This document shows positions 8,695 through 18,044 of a stretch of 64,000 nucleotides of DNA, piece after piece. Source of the stretch: Armatimonadota bacterium (GTDB lineage Bacteria > Armatimonadota > SYMT01); contig JAWLHY010000002.1 of NCBI GenBank assembly GCA_041690135.1, forward strand, positions 880,342-944,341, read 5' to 3'. The stretch's first letter is position 1; each line of letters opens with the position of its first letter. The translations under genes were made by a program, and so were the position numbers. The notes under the pieces were generated by a model, which saw nothing but the letters and a program-made list of their open reading frames with translations, did no database searches and was not told where the DNA came from.

Positions 8695-9396
8695 TTACCC
8701 GCCGCACCGGCCGCAGGCCGTGTAGCCTTGGCCCTTCGCGACTTTGAGATTGATCGCGATAGAACTACGACGAAGTGAACTGCAGCCGGCGCGGTGATAC
8801 TTCTCGCCGGTGCGGGTGATGTAGACGGTGCGCGCTTCCACTGCGGGACGTGCGGGAGCACGAGCGACCACGGCGGGGCGTGGGTTGGCCGGTCGCAGCG
8901 CGGCGGGTTGGGGTGCCGGGCGGCTGGGGTTCCGGAACGCCCACGGCGGCTGCGGGTTGGCATCGGCCCACAGGCCACGGCGGGCGGCGCGGGCCTCGAT
9001 TTCCGCTTTGGCGATCTCGGTCTCGCTGCGGCCGTACTGGTGATACCACCAAGCGTAGCCGTTGCGGACCAGGGATAGATTGAGGCTGGAACCGTCGCCG
9101 AGTTTGACGACCCCTACCTTCCGACCGTAACGGTCCGTCTCCTTCACCTCAACCGTAACAGTCTTCTGGAAGCACTTCCCGGCGGTGAACTGCTTGGCAA
9201 CGCTGCCGAAAGGCTGGGCCGATTCCGGGGCGTCCACGGCGTGCAGGCGCACCTTTACCTGGGTCGTGCCGCGAAGGACGGTGAGAGTGTCGCCGTCGGA
9301 GAGTGCAACCACTTTCCCCGTAAAGGTGTCCTGCCCCACGCAGGGCACGGCGATCAACGAGCAGGCGAAGAGAAGAGGTAGGAATCTGCGCAACAT
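8695..9396 (-). CDS. Secreted thermonuclease (SNase family) with a C-terminal Cys-containing (Ada-like metal-binding) domain
   Basis: GGAGG RBS; signal peptide; SDGDTL, VRLHAVDAPE, DRYGR, ARRGLW; C-terminal VYITRTGEKYHRAGC...YTACGRC. Confidence 0.9.
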   Translation of the reverse strand: MLRRFLPLLFACSLIAVPCVGQDTFTGKVVALSDGDTLTVLRGTTQVKVRLHAVDAPESAQPFGSVAKQFTAGKCFQKTVTVEVKETDRYGRKVGVVKLGDGSSLNLSLVRNGYAWWYHQYGRSETEIAKAEIEARAARRGLWADANPQPPWAFRNPSRPAPQPAALRPANPRPAVVARAPARPAVEARTVYITRTGEKYHRAGCSSLRRSSIAINLKVAKGQGYTACGRCGG

Positions 9397-9817
9397 AGAG
9401 CCTCCTGCGGTCGAGGTGAGACGGAAGCAGGGTGACACCCGGATGGTTCGTCAAGTGCTGGGGGAATCCCTCCTACCCTACTGTTCGTGGGAGCCGACCT
9501 GGGAACGGCGAGTGGGCGGCGAGTGAAGATAACACCGAGGCACTGGATGGGCACACAGTGGATGCCGCCGAAAGCAGGGGCGTAGGGAGCGGCCGGACCG
9601 AGGAGCGGAACGGACGGGTAGCTTATCGAAAGCTATCGCACGTTCCGGAGTGAGGACAACGTCGGGCACGAAACACCCCCGAATCCGGCATAACGCGGCG
9701 GCCACGCGAGAGACGTGACCGCGATCACCTATGTCTGACGCCTGTTTCCGGGGTATGAGAGTATCAAACGGACGGATAGGCCATCCGAAGAGCAGGCGGT
9801 TAGCAGGTGAAAGGACC

Positions 9818-10300
9818 ATGGCGTGGAGAAAACCACCCCGGAAGCCATACAAACCTAGGAGTGCAGAGGGCACCTCTGCCATAATGGCAACCGTGCGTAG
9901 CACGAACAACAAGGCTGAGGTGGCGCTTCGGAAAGAACTTTGGCGACGGGGGTATCGTTACCGGCTTTACGATCACCATCTTCCTGGCCGGCCCGACATC
10001 CTCTTTCCTGGCGCACGCGTTATCATCTTTGTAGACGGTGATTTCTGGCACGGCCGCGCGCTGATCGAGCAGAACCCCGAAGCATTAGTGGAAGCCCTTA
10101 GAACTGAGCGTCGCGATTGGTGGCTGGCAAAGATCTCGCGAACTGTTGAGCGTGACCAGAAGAACACAGCACTTCTAACTGAGATGGGGTGGAGTGTTCT
10201 TCGGTTGTGGGAAAGTGAAGTAAAGACTGATCCTCGCGCGGCAGCGGACAGGGCTGCTCGCTTTATCGATGATGCTCGCCGACGATTGCATGCCCCATAG
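9818..10300 (+). CDS. vsr: Very-short-patch repair endonuclease
   Basis: S-AIMATVRS-N-KAEVALRKEL, LPGRPDI, IFVDGDFWHG, WSVLRLWE motifs; next to a C5 methyltransferase. Confidence 0.92.
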   Translation: MAWRKPPRKPYKPRSAEGTSAIMATVRSTNNKAEVALRKELWRRGYRYRLYDHHLPGRPDILFPGARVIIFVDGDFWHGRALIEQNPEALVEALRTERRDWWLAKISRTVERDQKNTALLTEMGWSVLRLWESEVKTDPRAAADRAARFIDDARRRLHAP

Positions 10301-10374
10301 ACGGAGCGGTAGGAGTTCTTCAGGCCCACCAAAGCAGTTCCACGACACCAGATTTCCGTGCTTCCAGCCACGAC

Positions 10375-11679
10375 TTGGTGGCACCTAGTAAACCAATGCG
10401 CAGTACAGAACAGCATCTACTTCCGTTCGTTGACCTTTTCTGCGGTGCAGGTGGGCTTTCCGTTGGGTTTGAGCAAGCTGGCTTCAAAGCAGTCTACGCT
10501 AACGACTTCGATCCACTCGCCGGCGCTACATATGCTTACAATCACCCGGAATGCCACGTGTGCGGCGATGACGTTGCGGAAGTCACCGCCGACTCAATAA
10601 AGAAGGCGGCTAATATAGACCGTGTCCCCCTGGTAATCGGTGGCCCGAATTGTCAGGGTGTCAGCCTTCGGGGCAAGAGAAACCCTGATGATCCAAAGAA
10701 TAGGGCCTTCTTCCACTTTAGAAGGTTGATTGGAGAGCTAAAGCCGGATTGGTTCGTGATGGAAAATGTGCCGGGGCTCCTTCACCGCCACAACCAATCG
10801 CTGTTGACCGCGATCTTTGAGGCATTCCATGACCTAGGCTATCGTTGTGGAGGTGAAGTTCTCCTGGCGGCTGACTATGGAGTCCCTCAACTACGTTACC
10901 GATTCATCCTCATCGGGAATCGCTGGGGTGAGCCCATTACCTTCCCCGACGCCACACACGCCTGTCCGATTCCGATTAGTACGGACCTCCACCTGTTTCC
11001 GGCTGACGAGCGGCCGCCGTGGCTAACTGTCCGTGACGCACTCTCTGATCTGCCCGCTATCGAGAATGGGGGGGGGCACGCCGAGATGGATTACCCGCCA
11101 ACCGATGGTCTACTTCCTTATCAAGAGTGGTGCCGCACTGGCGCGACAGTGCTAATGAACCATGTATGCCATCGTACCCCCCCCCGGAATATTGAACTGA
11201 TCAAACACATACCGCCTGGCAAGAACTGGAAGGCCATCCCCGAACAATTGCGGCCCGAGCGGTTTAAGCATGTGGCGCTAAAGGATCACACAACCACCTT
11301 TGGTAGACTGCGTTGGGACATGCCGTCTCGCACGGTGACCACTTACTTCAACAATATCAGTTCGGGCGCATTCACCCATCCGGAGCAGCATCGGGGCATT
11401 TCCGTGCGTGAAGGTGCGAGGTTACAGGCCTTTCCCGACACACATCGTTTCCTCGGAACTCTCGCGCGACAATACCGGCAGGTTGGAAATGCCGTACCTC
11501 CGCTACTGGCACGATACGTGGCCACGCACACACACCAACTTCTAACGCAACACCCTGTCTCAATGGAGCACACACACGAGGCGGCGGTGCAGTTCGACCC
11601 CCGAGTTGGCGCACTAATCTATCTCCGACCTGTCCAAGGAATGCGGTTCAATTTGGACAGGTATCTCGTAAGGAGCTAG
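10375..11679 (+). CDS. DNA (cytosine-5)-methyltransferase (start may be ATG 10396)
   Basis: Motif I VDLFCGAGG; motif IV GGPNCQG; motif VI MENV; motif VIII PQLRYRF; motifs IX-X REGARLQAFPD and QVGNAVPP. Confidence 0.95.
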   Translation: MVAPSKPMRSTEQHLLPFVDLFCGAGGLSVGFEQAGFKAVYANDFDPLAGATYAYNHPECHVCGDDVAEVTADSIKKAANIDRVPLVIGGPNCQGVSLRGKRNPDDPKNRAFFHFRRLIGELKPDWFVMENVPGLLHRHNQSLLTAIFEAFHDLGYRCGGEVLLAADYGVPQLRYRFILIGNRWGEPITFPDATHACPIPISTDLHLFPADERPPWLTVRDALSDLPAIENGGGHAEMDYPPTDGLLPYQEWCRTGATVLMNHVCHRTPPRNIELIKHIPPGKNWKAIPEQLRPERFKHVALKDHTTTFGRLRWDMPSRTVTTYFNNISSGAFTHPEQHRGISVREGARLQAFPDTHRFLGTLARQYRQVGNAVPPLLARYVATHTHQLLTQHPVSMEHTHEAAVQFDPRVGALIYLRPVQGMRFNLDRYLVRS

Positions 11680-11682
11680 CAA

Positions 11683-12372
11683 GTGCCATTCCCTTCAATG
11701 GAACAGGTTATTGAGTCGGTCCGACGCTTGAACTACGATGACAAAGGCGACGAGATCCACACCTGCGGCCTGTGGCATATCTTGATCTTTCTTCGTCATC
11801 GCCGGCTCCACGGTATGCAGGAAGAGTACACGTTGTATGGAGATACGTTAGCCGTAGCGGCGTTTGACATCCTGGGGATCAACTTTGCCGACAATGCGCG
11901 AGATTTGGCCTACTATGAACCGGCAGCCACGGAAAAAAAGCCGCCGGAATATTTCCGAGTTGCTGGCGGTGTTCGCAACACCATTACGAACCGATTTCAG
12001 ACTGGTCTAAGTGGACTTGGGCCGAGGCAGCCTAATGTGGTCAGGATCAGTAAGGCGACGCTTCCATTAGACGTGAAACTCCATCCTGACTGGATTGACA
12101 ATCTTCGTGACCCTTCGCGGGGCAGAGGCAATCATGTAATTCTCGATCAACGAACCCGGGAGTTGATAACTTGGTTGTTCCGCTTCGGCGTGCCTTGCGT
12201 TGAAAATAGTACGAGTAGCCTAGCAGTGCAGCAGAGGAAGTATACTTTGCAACCGCAACCGAATTTGCGACTTCAACCACTCCCGACATCTAGTGAGGAG
12301 TTGAGAGCTTTAGTCGAGGATTTTTTGGGACTGCAGGCAGACCAGCGCAGCTCACTCCTTCCGAACTTGTAG
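11683..12372 (+). CDS. Hypothetical protein; possible specificity subunit or detached N-terminal domain of the McrB-like gene
   Basis: Starts 4 nt after the MTase stop; same frame as the downstream McrB-like ORF, separated only by TAG plus 3 codons. Confidence 0.7.
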   Translation: MPFPSMEQVIESVRRLNYDDKGDEIHTCGLWHILIFLRHRRLHGMQEEYTLYGDTLAVAAFDILGINFADNARDLAYYEPAATEKKPPEYFRVAGGVRNTITNRFQTGLSGLGPRQPNVVRISKATLPLDVKLHPDWIDNLRDPSRGRGNHVILDQRTRELITWLFRFGVPCVENSTSSLAVQQRKYTLQPQPNLRLQPLPTSSEELRALVEDFLGLQADQRSSLLPNL

Positions 12373-12381
12373 GTTTTTAGA

Positions 12382-13680
12382 ATGCCGTATGAATGGGAAA
12401 GTGACGACCCGATTGTGCCTGTAGACTTGGCCGCCGCATTGCGGACGGAATATGGGGTCGCGGTCAATCAAGATAACGGTGTGGCTGACGATGGATGGGA
12501 TGAAGAGGGGCAGGAACCCGAGCAACTCCCACTAAGCCCGCGGATCCGCGTGGATCCGCGGGTCAAGCGAATGATCCGGGTGGCGATCGCCTCTTATCCG
12601 GCAGTGATCCTAGTTGGGCCGCCAGGAACTGGTAAGACCTCCCTGCTGCGAGAGGTGCTCGAGGAAGTAAATTCAAACCATGGCGCTTACGGGTTCAGCG
12701 CGCCACCGGGTGAGCCAATCAGAGTGACCCCTGATGAGAGTTGGACAGCGCGCGAACTGGTAGGTGGGGAAACGATTGACGCTGAGGGTAGATTGGCGTT
12801 CCGGCCGGGACATGTGTTGCGCGCTATTGCGGCTAATAAGTGGCTGGTGCTGGACGAGGCCAATCGGGGCGATATGGACAAGATCTTTGGTCCCATACTC
12901 ACCTGGCTGAGCGAGAACGCGGGCAGCCCCCCGGTGGATATCGGCAGGTTAAATACTGCTGACAATGCCCCTATCGTGCAACTTGCCTGGAGTGACGCTG
13001 AAGATTGTAGGGTGGACGAGATTTCTTCGGGTGAGGCTGATGGCGAAAGGTATTTGACTGCCGTGCAGTATGTCGCGGGGAAGCGGTGGAGACTGCTGGC
13101 ATCTTACAATCCTCTTGATGTCAATCGTGTGTTCCGCTTTGGTTTGGCTCTCGCTCGGCGCTTTGCCGAGATCCCAGTTCCAGCCCCATCACCCGAGGCA
13201 TTCCGTGTGGTGGTTAGGGATGCGGCGACTGGACTCCCTGAACAGGTGCCGATGACACTGGCCGCGCTATATGAAGCGCACCGGGCGGACACTTCCACGC
13301 GGCTAGGGCCCGCGATCTTTCTCCAAGCGATTCCCTATGTCCGCGCTGCGTTGGCTCTCCAAGGCCTTTTGGTGACGGATCAACCAAACGCTGGCGAGGA
13401 TGGCGCAGTGGAACAGATAGAGGCGCGCGGGCCGGAACATGAGGCTGAAGCTGATGCAGAGCGCAATCAGGTAACTGGTGAGGCGGCGGATGCGAGGCAG
13501 GCAACGCCTGAGCTCCTTATGCAACTCTTAGCCGAGGCTTACATGACCGTAGCCGGTAAGTATCTCGCGAAAAGAGAGGAAGGTGAGTTGGAGCAACTGT
13601 GGCGGCGAATCGAAAACAGTAATGCGCTGCCTTTGGGAGAGTGGGAATGGATAGTGGCGCTGTTACCGGACTTGGCGTAG
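12382..13680 (+). CDS. McrB-like AAA+ GTPase/ATPase
   Basis: Walker A GPPGTGKT; Walker B LVLDEANRG-DMDKIFG; NxxD-like SYNPLD; ALARRF. Confidence 0.88.
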   Translation: MPYEWESDDPIVPVDLAAALRTEYGVAVNQDNGVADDGWDEEGQEPEQLPLSPRIRVDPRVKRMIRVAIASYPAVILVGPPGTGKTSLLREVLEEVNSNHGAYGFSAPPGEPIRVTPDESWTARELVGGETIDAEGRLAFRPGHVLRAIAANKWLVLDEANRGDMDKIFGPILTWLSENAGSPPVDIGRLNTADNAPIVQLAWSDAEDCRVDEISSGEADGERYLTAVQYVAGKRWRLLASYNPLDVNRVFRFGLALARRFAEIPVPAPSPEAFRVVVRDAATGLPEQVPMTLAALYEAHRADTSTRLGPAIFLQAIPYVRAALALQGLLVTDQPNAGEDGAVEQIEARGPEHEAEADAERNQVTGEAADARQATPELLMQLLAEAYMTVAGKYLAKREEGELEQLWRRIENSNALPLGEWEWIVALLPDLA

Positions 13681-14909
13681 CACCACCAATACCCGAGGCT
13701 GGCCTATTCGAGACTCTTCGGTCTTGGAGTGGAAAGGGGCAATTGTGGGAAGCCCTCGCGGCGGCTGCGCCGGAACCGCTAGCTAGCCGGCACTGGAGTT
13801 CTGGCGAAGTGGAGCGAAGAGCGCATCGGGTACTCTTTGAGCAGCTTACGCCATTCCTGGCCACGTGGCCTCGATCTCTTACCGAGTGGATGCACGTGCT
13901 CCCAGTGATTTCGCACCGTCGTCGGGAACTCGCTCCGGTCCCCAGTTCTGGTGTTTCATGGACAGAGACCCGAATGCGCGGTTGGCCGCCACGAGAGTTT
14001 GTGGTTCACTCCCGCCACCGGGACGCCGATACGGTTCTGCTGACAGCTCTCCGTTTCACCGTTGAAAGACTCTTGCGCGTCGCCACAGATGCGCGGTCAC
14101 TGGCAGGATCGTTAACTCACGCAGTAGACACACAGCTTCAAGTTGCTGCGCGGCTGATGGAAATAGAGCCACTGGCATCCGCTCAGCTGGCCATTCCGAC
14201 ACGCGCCGATGTGGCCGCCCTACGCTCCCAAGGACGGCCTTGGGGGGCTGTAGCGCAAGTAGCCGACTATTTGCGCCTACTTGACGGGACCGGTATTAGC
14301 GAACTAGCCACCAAGGCTGTAAGACCGGACCCGGAATTCGCTGGAGCTCTCTTCCATTTAGGGGTGCTGGGTGAACTTTTGCTGGCGCTATGCGAGCTTG
14401 GATTTACCATTGTTTCGCGGCGGCCGCTATCTGGCGGTTCCCCAGGACCGGCCTATCTAGTGAATACACCGGCCGGGGAGGTCTGGCAGTTATGGTTTGA
14501 GGCGGCTTCCATCCACAGCCATTCTAGGCGTCCATCTCCATATGCTGAAGCTCGCGCAGGTCTAGTCAATTCTGGCCCGCCAATTGGCGCTGACCTCATC
14601 CTAGTGCTACCGGGTTTTCGTGCACTCGTCATTGAGTGTAAGTATTCCGCAAGCGCAGCTTACGTAGCTAGCGGATACCACCAAGCGCTTTCGTACGCCA
14701 CCGAGATTCATCCATGGCTTGCCAAGCAGATCTTGACTACAGTAGTGGGACCGGAAGGTGTCGTTGGGACGGCGAGCTTCGGTAAGCTCCACTTTGGAGC
14801 AGTCGCCATAATGCCGCCGCAAGGCATCCGCCTTGCGCTCGCCCACTTGATGGGTTTACGGGACGGCATTTTGCCACCGTTCGAGACCGTCGACAATGGA
14901 GTTCGGTAA
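13641..14909 (+). CDS. McrC-like PD-(D/E)xK nuclease
   Basis: Overlaps the McrB-like gene; C-terminal ADLILV...VIECKYS...YHQALSYA nuclease-like motif. Confidence 0.72.
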   Translation: MGMDSGAVTGLGVAPPIPEAGLFETLRSWSGKGQLWEALAAAAPEPLASRHWSSGEVERRAHRVLFEQLTPFLATWPRSLTEWMHVLPVISHRRRELAPVPSSGVSWTETRMRGWPPREFVVHSRHRDADTVLLTALRFTVERLLRVATDARSLAGSLTHAVDTQLQVAARLMEIEPLASAQLAIPTRADVAALRSQGRPWGAVAQVADYLRLLDGTGISELATKAVRPDPEFAGALFHLGVLGELLLALCELGFTIVSRRPLSGGSPGPAYLVNTPAGEVWQLWFEAASIHSHSRRPSPYAEARAGLVNSGPPIGADLILVLPGFRALVIECKYSASAAYVASGYHQALSYATEIHPWLAKQILTTVVGPEGVVGTASFGKLHFGAVAIMPPQGIRLALAHLMGLRDGILPPFETVDNGVR

Positions 14910-15496
14910 CGGTGCAACCGAAGTGGGCAATCATGGAACGGAAGTCTTGGGAGCCGACGCGCATCGATTAGATGGATTCCGGGGTGGGGTTTAGCGGGAA
15001 GTTGGGCGGGGCCGTGCTTGCACAGATCACGTGGCCGGTGCGGCTGTAAGAAGGCACATCTGCTGGGACGTATAGGCAGTGGGTGGACACAGGGTTGTGT
15101 ACATGCGCAACGGGCGTAGGGGGCCTCGAGGCGGAGCGGGTAGTTTGCGACAGGCGGTGCGGCGTGCCCTGTTGGGGCAGGTCGCAAGTAAGGAAGCGAA
15201 ACTGGCAGAAGAAGATAGACGCCGCCGCCGTTCTAGCGGATCCCGGCAGCGGTTGAACCGGAGAGGCCACGAGCGCAGGGCTGTAGATGTGAAGGGCGGG
15301 TGCCCTACGCAAGCCTGGAAGCCCGGTGCAGTTTGCCGGGTTGCCAGGCTTGTGTATCGGAGCGGGCACCCCGAGGAGTAAGCAGGGCCGACCTTATGAC
15401 CGGAGAGCGGTGCCGGTTCGGATTGGGGTCGGTGTGGCCTGGAGGTGGAAGTGTCGCCAGGCCTGATACCGGGGTGGTGAAGTTCCGAACCTCGCC

Positions 15497-16039
15497 CTAT
15501 CGAGAGAGGTAGTCGGAGAAAGAGCCGTAGGGGGATTTGGAATTGCTCTTGCTACAGCAGTCGCAATGCCGCTTGCTCCCGAACGTGCTACCAGCGCCGT
15601 AGTGCGAACCGCCGCCGTAAGTAGGGCTACTGCTGTATGGATTCCGGTAGGCGCCCCCGGTGGTGCTGCCCGAGCTATACGGGCTGGAGAAGGTGCTGCG
15701 GAATGCGGGGGTAGACCCGTAGGTAGAACCCCCGAACGTCGAGCGGCTGCCGTAGGTGCTTCCGAACCCACTGGGGGTGCTCATTGGGCGGAACGGCTGA
15801 TAGTACTCGCTGCTGGGCGACGAGTAGTAGCGGTCGGTGCCAGTGGTCCCTGTATAGGGATTCCGATTTCCGCTGTAGGAGTAGTTGTCGCGCACCGTGT
15901 TGTTCGGGCTGCTGCGGTAGTATCCCCGCACGTACTTGCCATCTCGCCGGGTGTAACCGCTCACGTATTGGTCGGCCTGCACCGCCGTCACAGTGGCGAC
16001 GAGGGCGACCAACGCCAAGCCTAATCTCTTGAACACCAT
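15497..16039 (-). CDS. Secreted Tyr/Ser/Gly-rich hypothetical protein of a type common in mobile elements
   Basis: AAGGAG RBS; signal peptide; YVSGYTRRDGKYVRGYYRSSPNNTVRDNYSYSGNRNPYTG motif. Confidence 0.8.
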   Translation of the reverse strand: MVFKRLGLALVALVATVTAVQADQYVSGYTRRDGKYVRGYYRSSPNNTVRDNYSYSGNRNPYTGTTGTDRYYSSPSSEYYQPFRPMSTPSGFGSTYGSRSTFGGSTYGSTPAFRSTFSSPYSSGSTTGGAYRNPYSSSPTYGGGSHYGAGSTFGSKRHCDCCSKSNSKSPYGSFSDYLSR

Positions 16040-16191
16040 TGGCTCCTTTTGTGTCCAGGCTCGGAAAGTCGTACAACTGCCTACCGAGGCCGTAGCTGTG
16101 AGGTAGTCTACCATAAAGGTGGTTGGGTGTCCGGTAGACGAAGCGCGACAGGTTCGACGCAATGGGCAACGCGAGTAGGCAGCGGAGAAGG

Positions 16192-16425
16192 TTACTCGTC
16201 GCTCCGCATTTGCTGATGGACTCGGGAGATGAGTTCATCCGGCGGAATTCTCAACGTCGCCGCGATCTGGAAGAGCATTGAGAGAGTTGGGCTGTTCCGG
16301 CCGGTCTCCAGGCGGCTGACGTGCGGACGGCTGATCCCGCACGCCTCGGCAAAACTCTCTTGCGAAAGCCCGCGAGCGCGCCGCAGTTCGCGTAGGACCT
16401 CGCCAAACGCCCTTTCTGGGCTCAC
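16192..16425 (-). CDS. XRE-family HTH regulator (controller-protein-like)
   Basis: GTG start with GGAGG RBS; FGEVLRELRRARGLSQESFAEACGISRPHVSRLETGRNSPTL. Confidence 0.9.
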   Translation of the reverse strand: MSPERAFGEVLRELRRARGLSQESFAEACGISRPHVSRLETGRNSPTLSMLFQIAATLRIPPDELISRVHQQMRSDE

Positions 16426-16554
16426 CGCCCCATCCTCCTGCCGCCACCGGTAAAGGCGTAAGCAAGTGTGGAAGGAGGCGGTAGGCCGAGGCTGTAACAA
16501 GTATGCTACAGGGTTAAATGATCAGAACCGCGCAACAGAGGGAGGCAAGAGGCC

Positions 16555-16995
16555 ATGAACGCCGATGATGAGTACTTCGCCGAGAAGGTAGCCCGCCGAG
16601 ATAGGTTAGGTATGGCATTGCCGGGCCTGTTGCTTGCAGTGGTAGGTTGCGTGGTTGCCTACAAATTTCGCCTACTGGCCCCCTTCCACCCAGGTAATGG
16701 GGCATTGTTCTGGACGAGCACCGTATGGTTCGGATTGTCCGCCGCCGAGACGTTCAATAAGCGGATGGGACAATGCGTGATGCGAGGGGAACAACCGCCT
16801 TACATGGAGTACCCAGGGCTGCATGTGCCGATGCTCATCGGACGATACGCGCTACTGGCTTACTTGCTGTATCTGGACTGGAGGTGGGCGGGCACCCTGT
16901 ACGTGCTGACGTTGTGTCTTGCAATCTCCCCAATTCTCGAAACAATTGGTAAGGGAGTGATGTTCTTGTGGCTGAAGAAGGCGATTAGTGCATAA
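16555..16995 (+). CDS. Hypothetical membrane protein
   Basis: GGAGG/GAGG RBS; 3-4 hydrophobic segments. Confidence 0.65.
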   Translation: MNADDEYFAEKVARRDRLGMALPGLLLAVVGCVVAYKFRLLAPFHPGNGALFWTSTVWFGLSAAETFNKRMGQCVMRGEQPPYMEYPGLHVPMLIGRYALLAYLLYLDWRWAGTLYVLTLCLAISPILETIGKGVMFLWLKKAISA

Positions 16996-17043
16996 GGGGC
17001 ATCAGGCTTTGGTCGGCCGCAGTTTGCCATCGACACGCGATGG

Positions 17044-17622
17044 TCACAACACATTCGAAACTGCAGCGACCGTGAGTGCCATCGCCTTTAGTTCTGCGGC
17101 GTTCGCGTCGTTCTGCAACTGCGCGAAGGTGCGTCGGTGCATTCCGCCCGGCCTCATCCCGAACCGCTGGTAGAGTTCAGACCGCTCAAGAGGTGCGCGG
17201 ATCCGGATAGCCTTCCGGAAGAGGCGGCTGGCCAGATCCTCACGGCAGACCTGATAGGCGAGGCCCAGGCAGTGGCGGCAGAGAGGGCCGATTTCGGCGA
17301 CATAGAGGATCGCGACCCGCCGGCTGCAGTCGGCGCCGGGGCACCGAAACCAGGGGCGAGAACCGCCGTAAGTGCAGGGGGTGTGGTCGATCTCGACCCA
17401 CTCCGACCAACCGTCATCGCTGGTGATCCGGAGCGCGTCGCCTATCGTGTGAACCGTAACGCGGGTGAGCGGCACACCTGCCCGATTCCAGGCATAAGAA
17501 CGGCACTCGCCGGGCTGAAGCGTCCCGTTACGATTCAGAACGCGGATGTCCAGCGAGGCGAATTCGTCGGTCGTTGGCTTGCGGTCGCGGGGGCCTCTGC
17601 GGCCGGAGAAGCGGCTGCCCAT
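17044..17622 (-). CDS. Conserved Zn-finger hypothetical protein typical of small integrative/phage-related elements
   Basis: MGSRFSGRR start; TPCTYGGSRPWFRCP...C-RRVAILY...CRHCLGLAY...RPGGMHRRT pattern. Confidence 0.8.
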   Translation of the reverse strand: MGSRFSGRRGPRDRKPTTDEFASLDIRVLNRNGTLQPGECRSYAWNRAGVPLTRVTVHTIGDALRITSDDGWSEWVEIDHTPCTYGGSRPWFRCPGADCSRRVAILYVAEIGPLCRHCLGLAYQVCREDLASRLFRKAIRIRAPLERSELYQRFGMRPGGMHRRTFAQLQNDANAAELKAMALTVAAVSNVL

Positions 17623-17660
17623 GGCGAAAGTTGACTGTTGATTTCGGTAAAATCCAAAGA

Positions 17661-18032
17661 TCAATGCGGAAGCTCGACCACTTCGCGGCCGTGGCTGTCC
17701 GCTATGGAAAGTTTACCAGACTTCCGTTCCGCATAGAGTTGAGCGCCGGCTTCCCCGGTGGGAGCCAGGGTGTAAACGCCACCGCCGTCTTCGTGGGCTT
17801 CGAGGATCACCAGGGACTTGCCGGCGGTCCCCAGGAGACGCAGGACCGGGCCGTTACTGCCTTCGGCCACTTCCAGCAGGGTGCGGCCGTCGCAGCCGAG
17901 AACCCGTAGCGGGGCTTGGATCACGTGCGGGTTCTCGGCGGTTATCTCGGCCTGGCGCAGACGTTCCCGCACGCGGGCGCGATAGGCTCGCTGGCGGTCG
18001 GCCTGGGTGGCGTGTTTGCGAGGTTGGGGCAT
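17661..18032 (-). CDS. Hypothetical protein with a basic N-terminal helix
   Basis: MPQPRKHATQADRQRAYRAR; co-oriented directly after the primase gene. Confidence 0.7.
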   Translation of the reverse strand: MPQPRKHATQADRQRAYRARVRERLRQAEITAENPHVIQAPLRVLGCDGRTLLEVAEGSNGPVLRLLGTAGKSLVILEAHEDGGGVYTLAPTGEAGAQLYAERKSGKLSIADSHGREVVELPH

Positions 18033-18044
18033 CGCGTGTAGTTC

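Noticed and set aside
9440-9730. Possible ribozyme or structured RNA between the nuclease and vsr
   Set aside because: A few short stems exist, but there is no hammerhead CTGANGA core, and such stems are expected by chance at this GC content.
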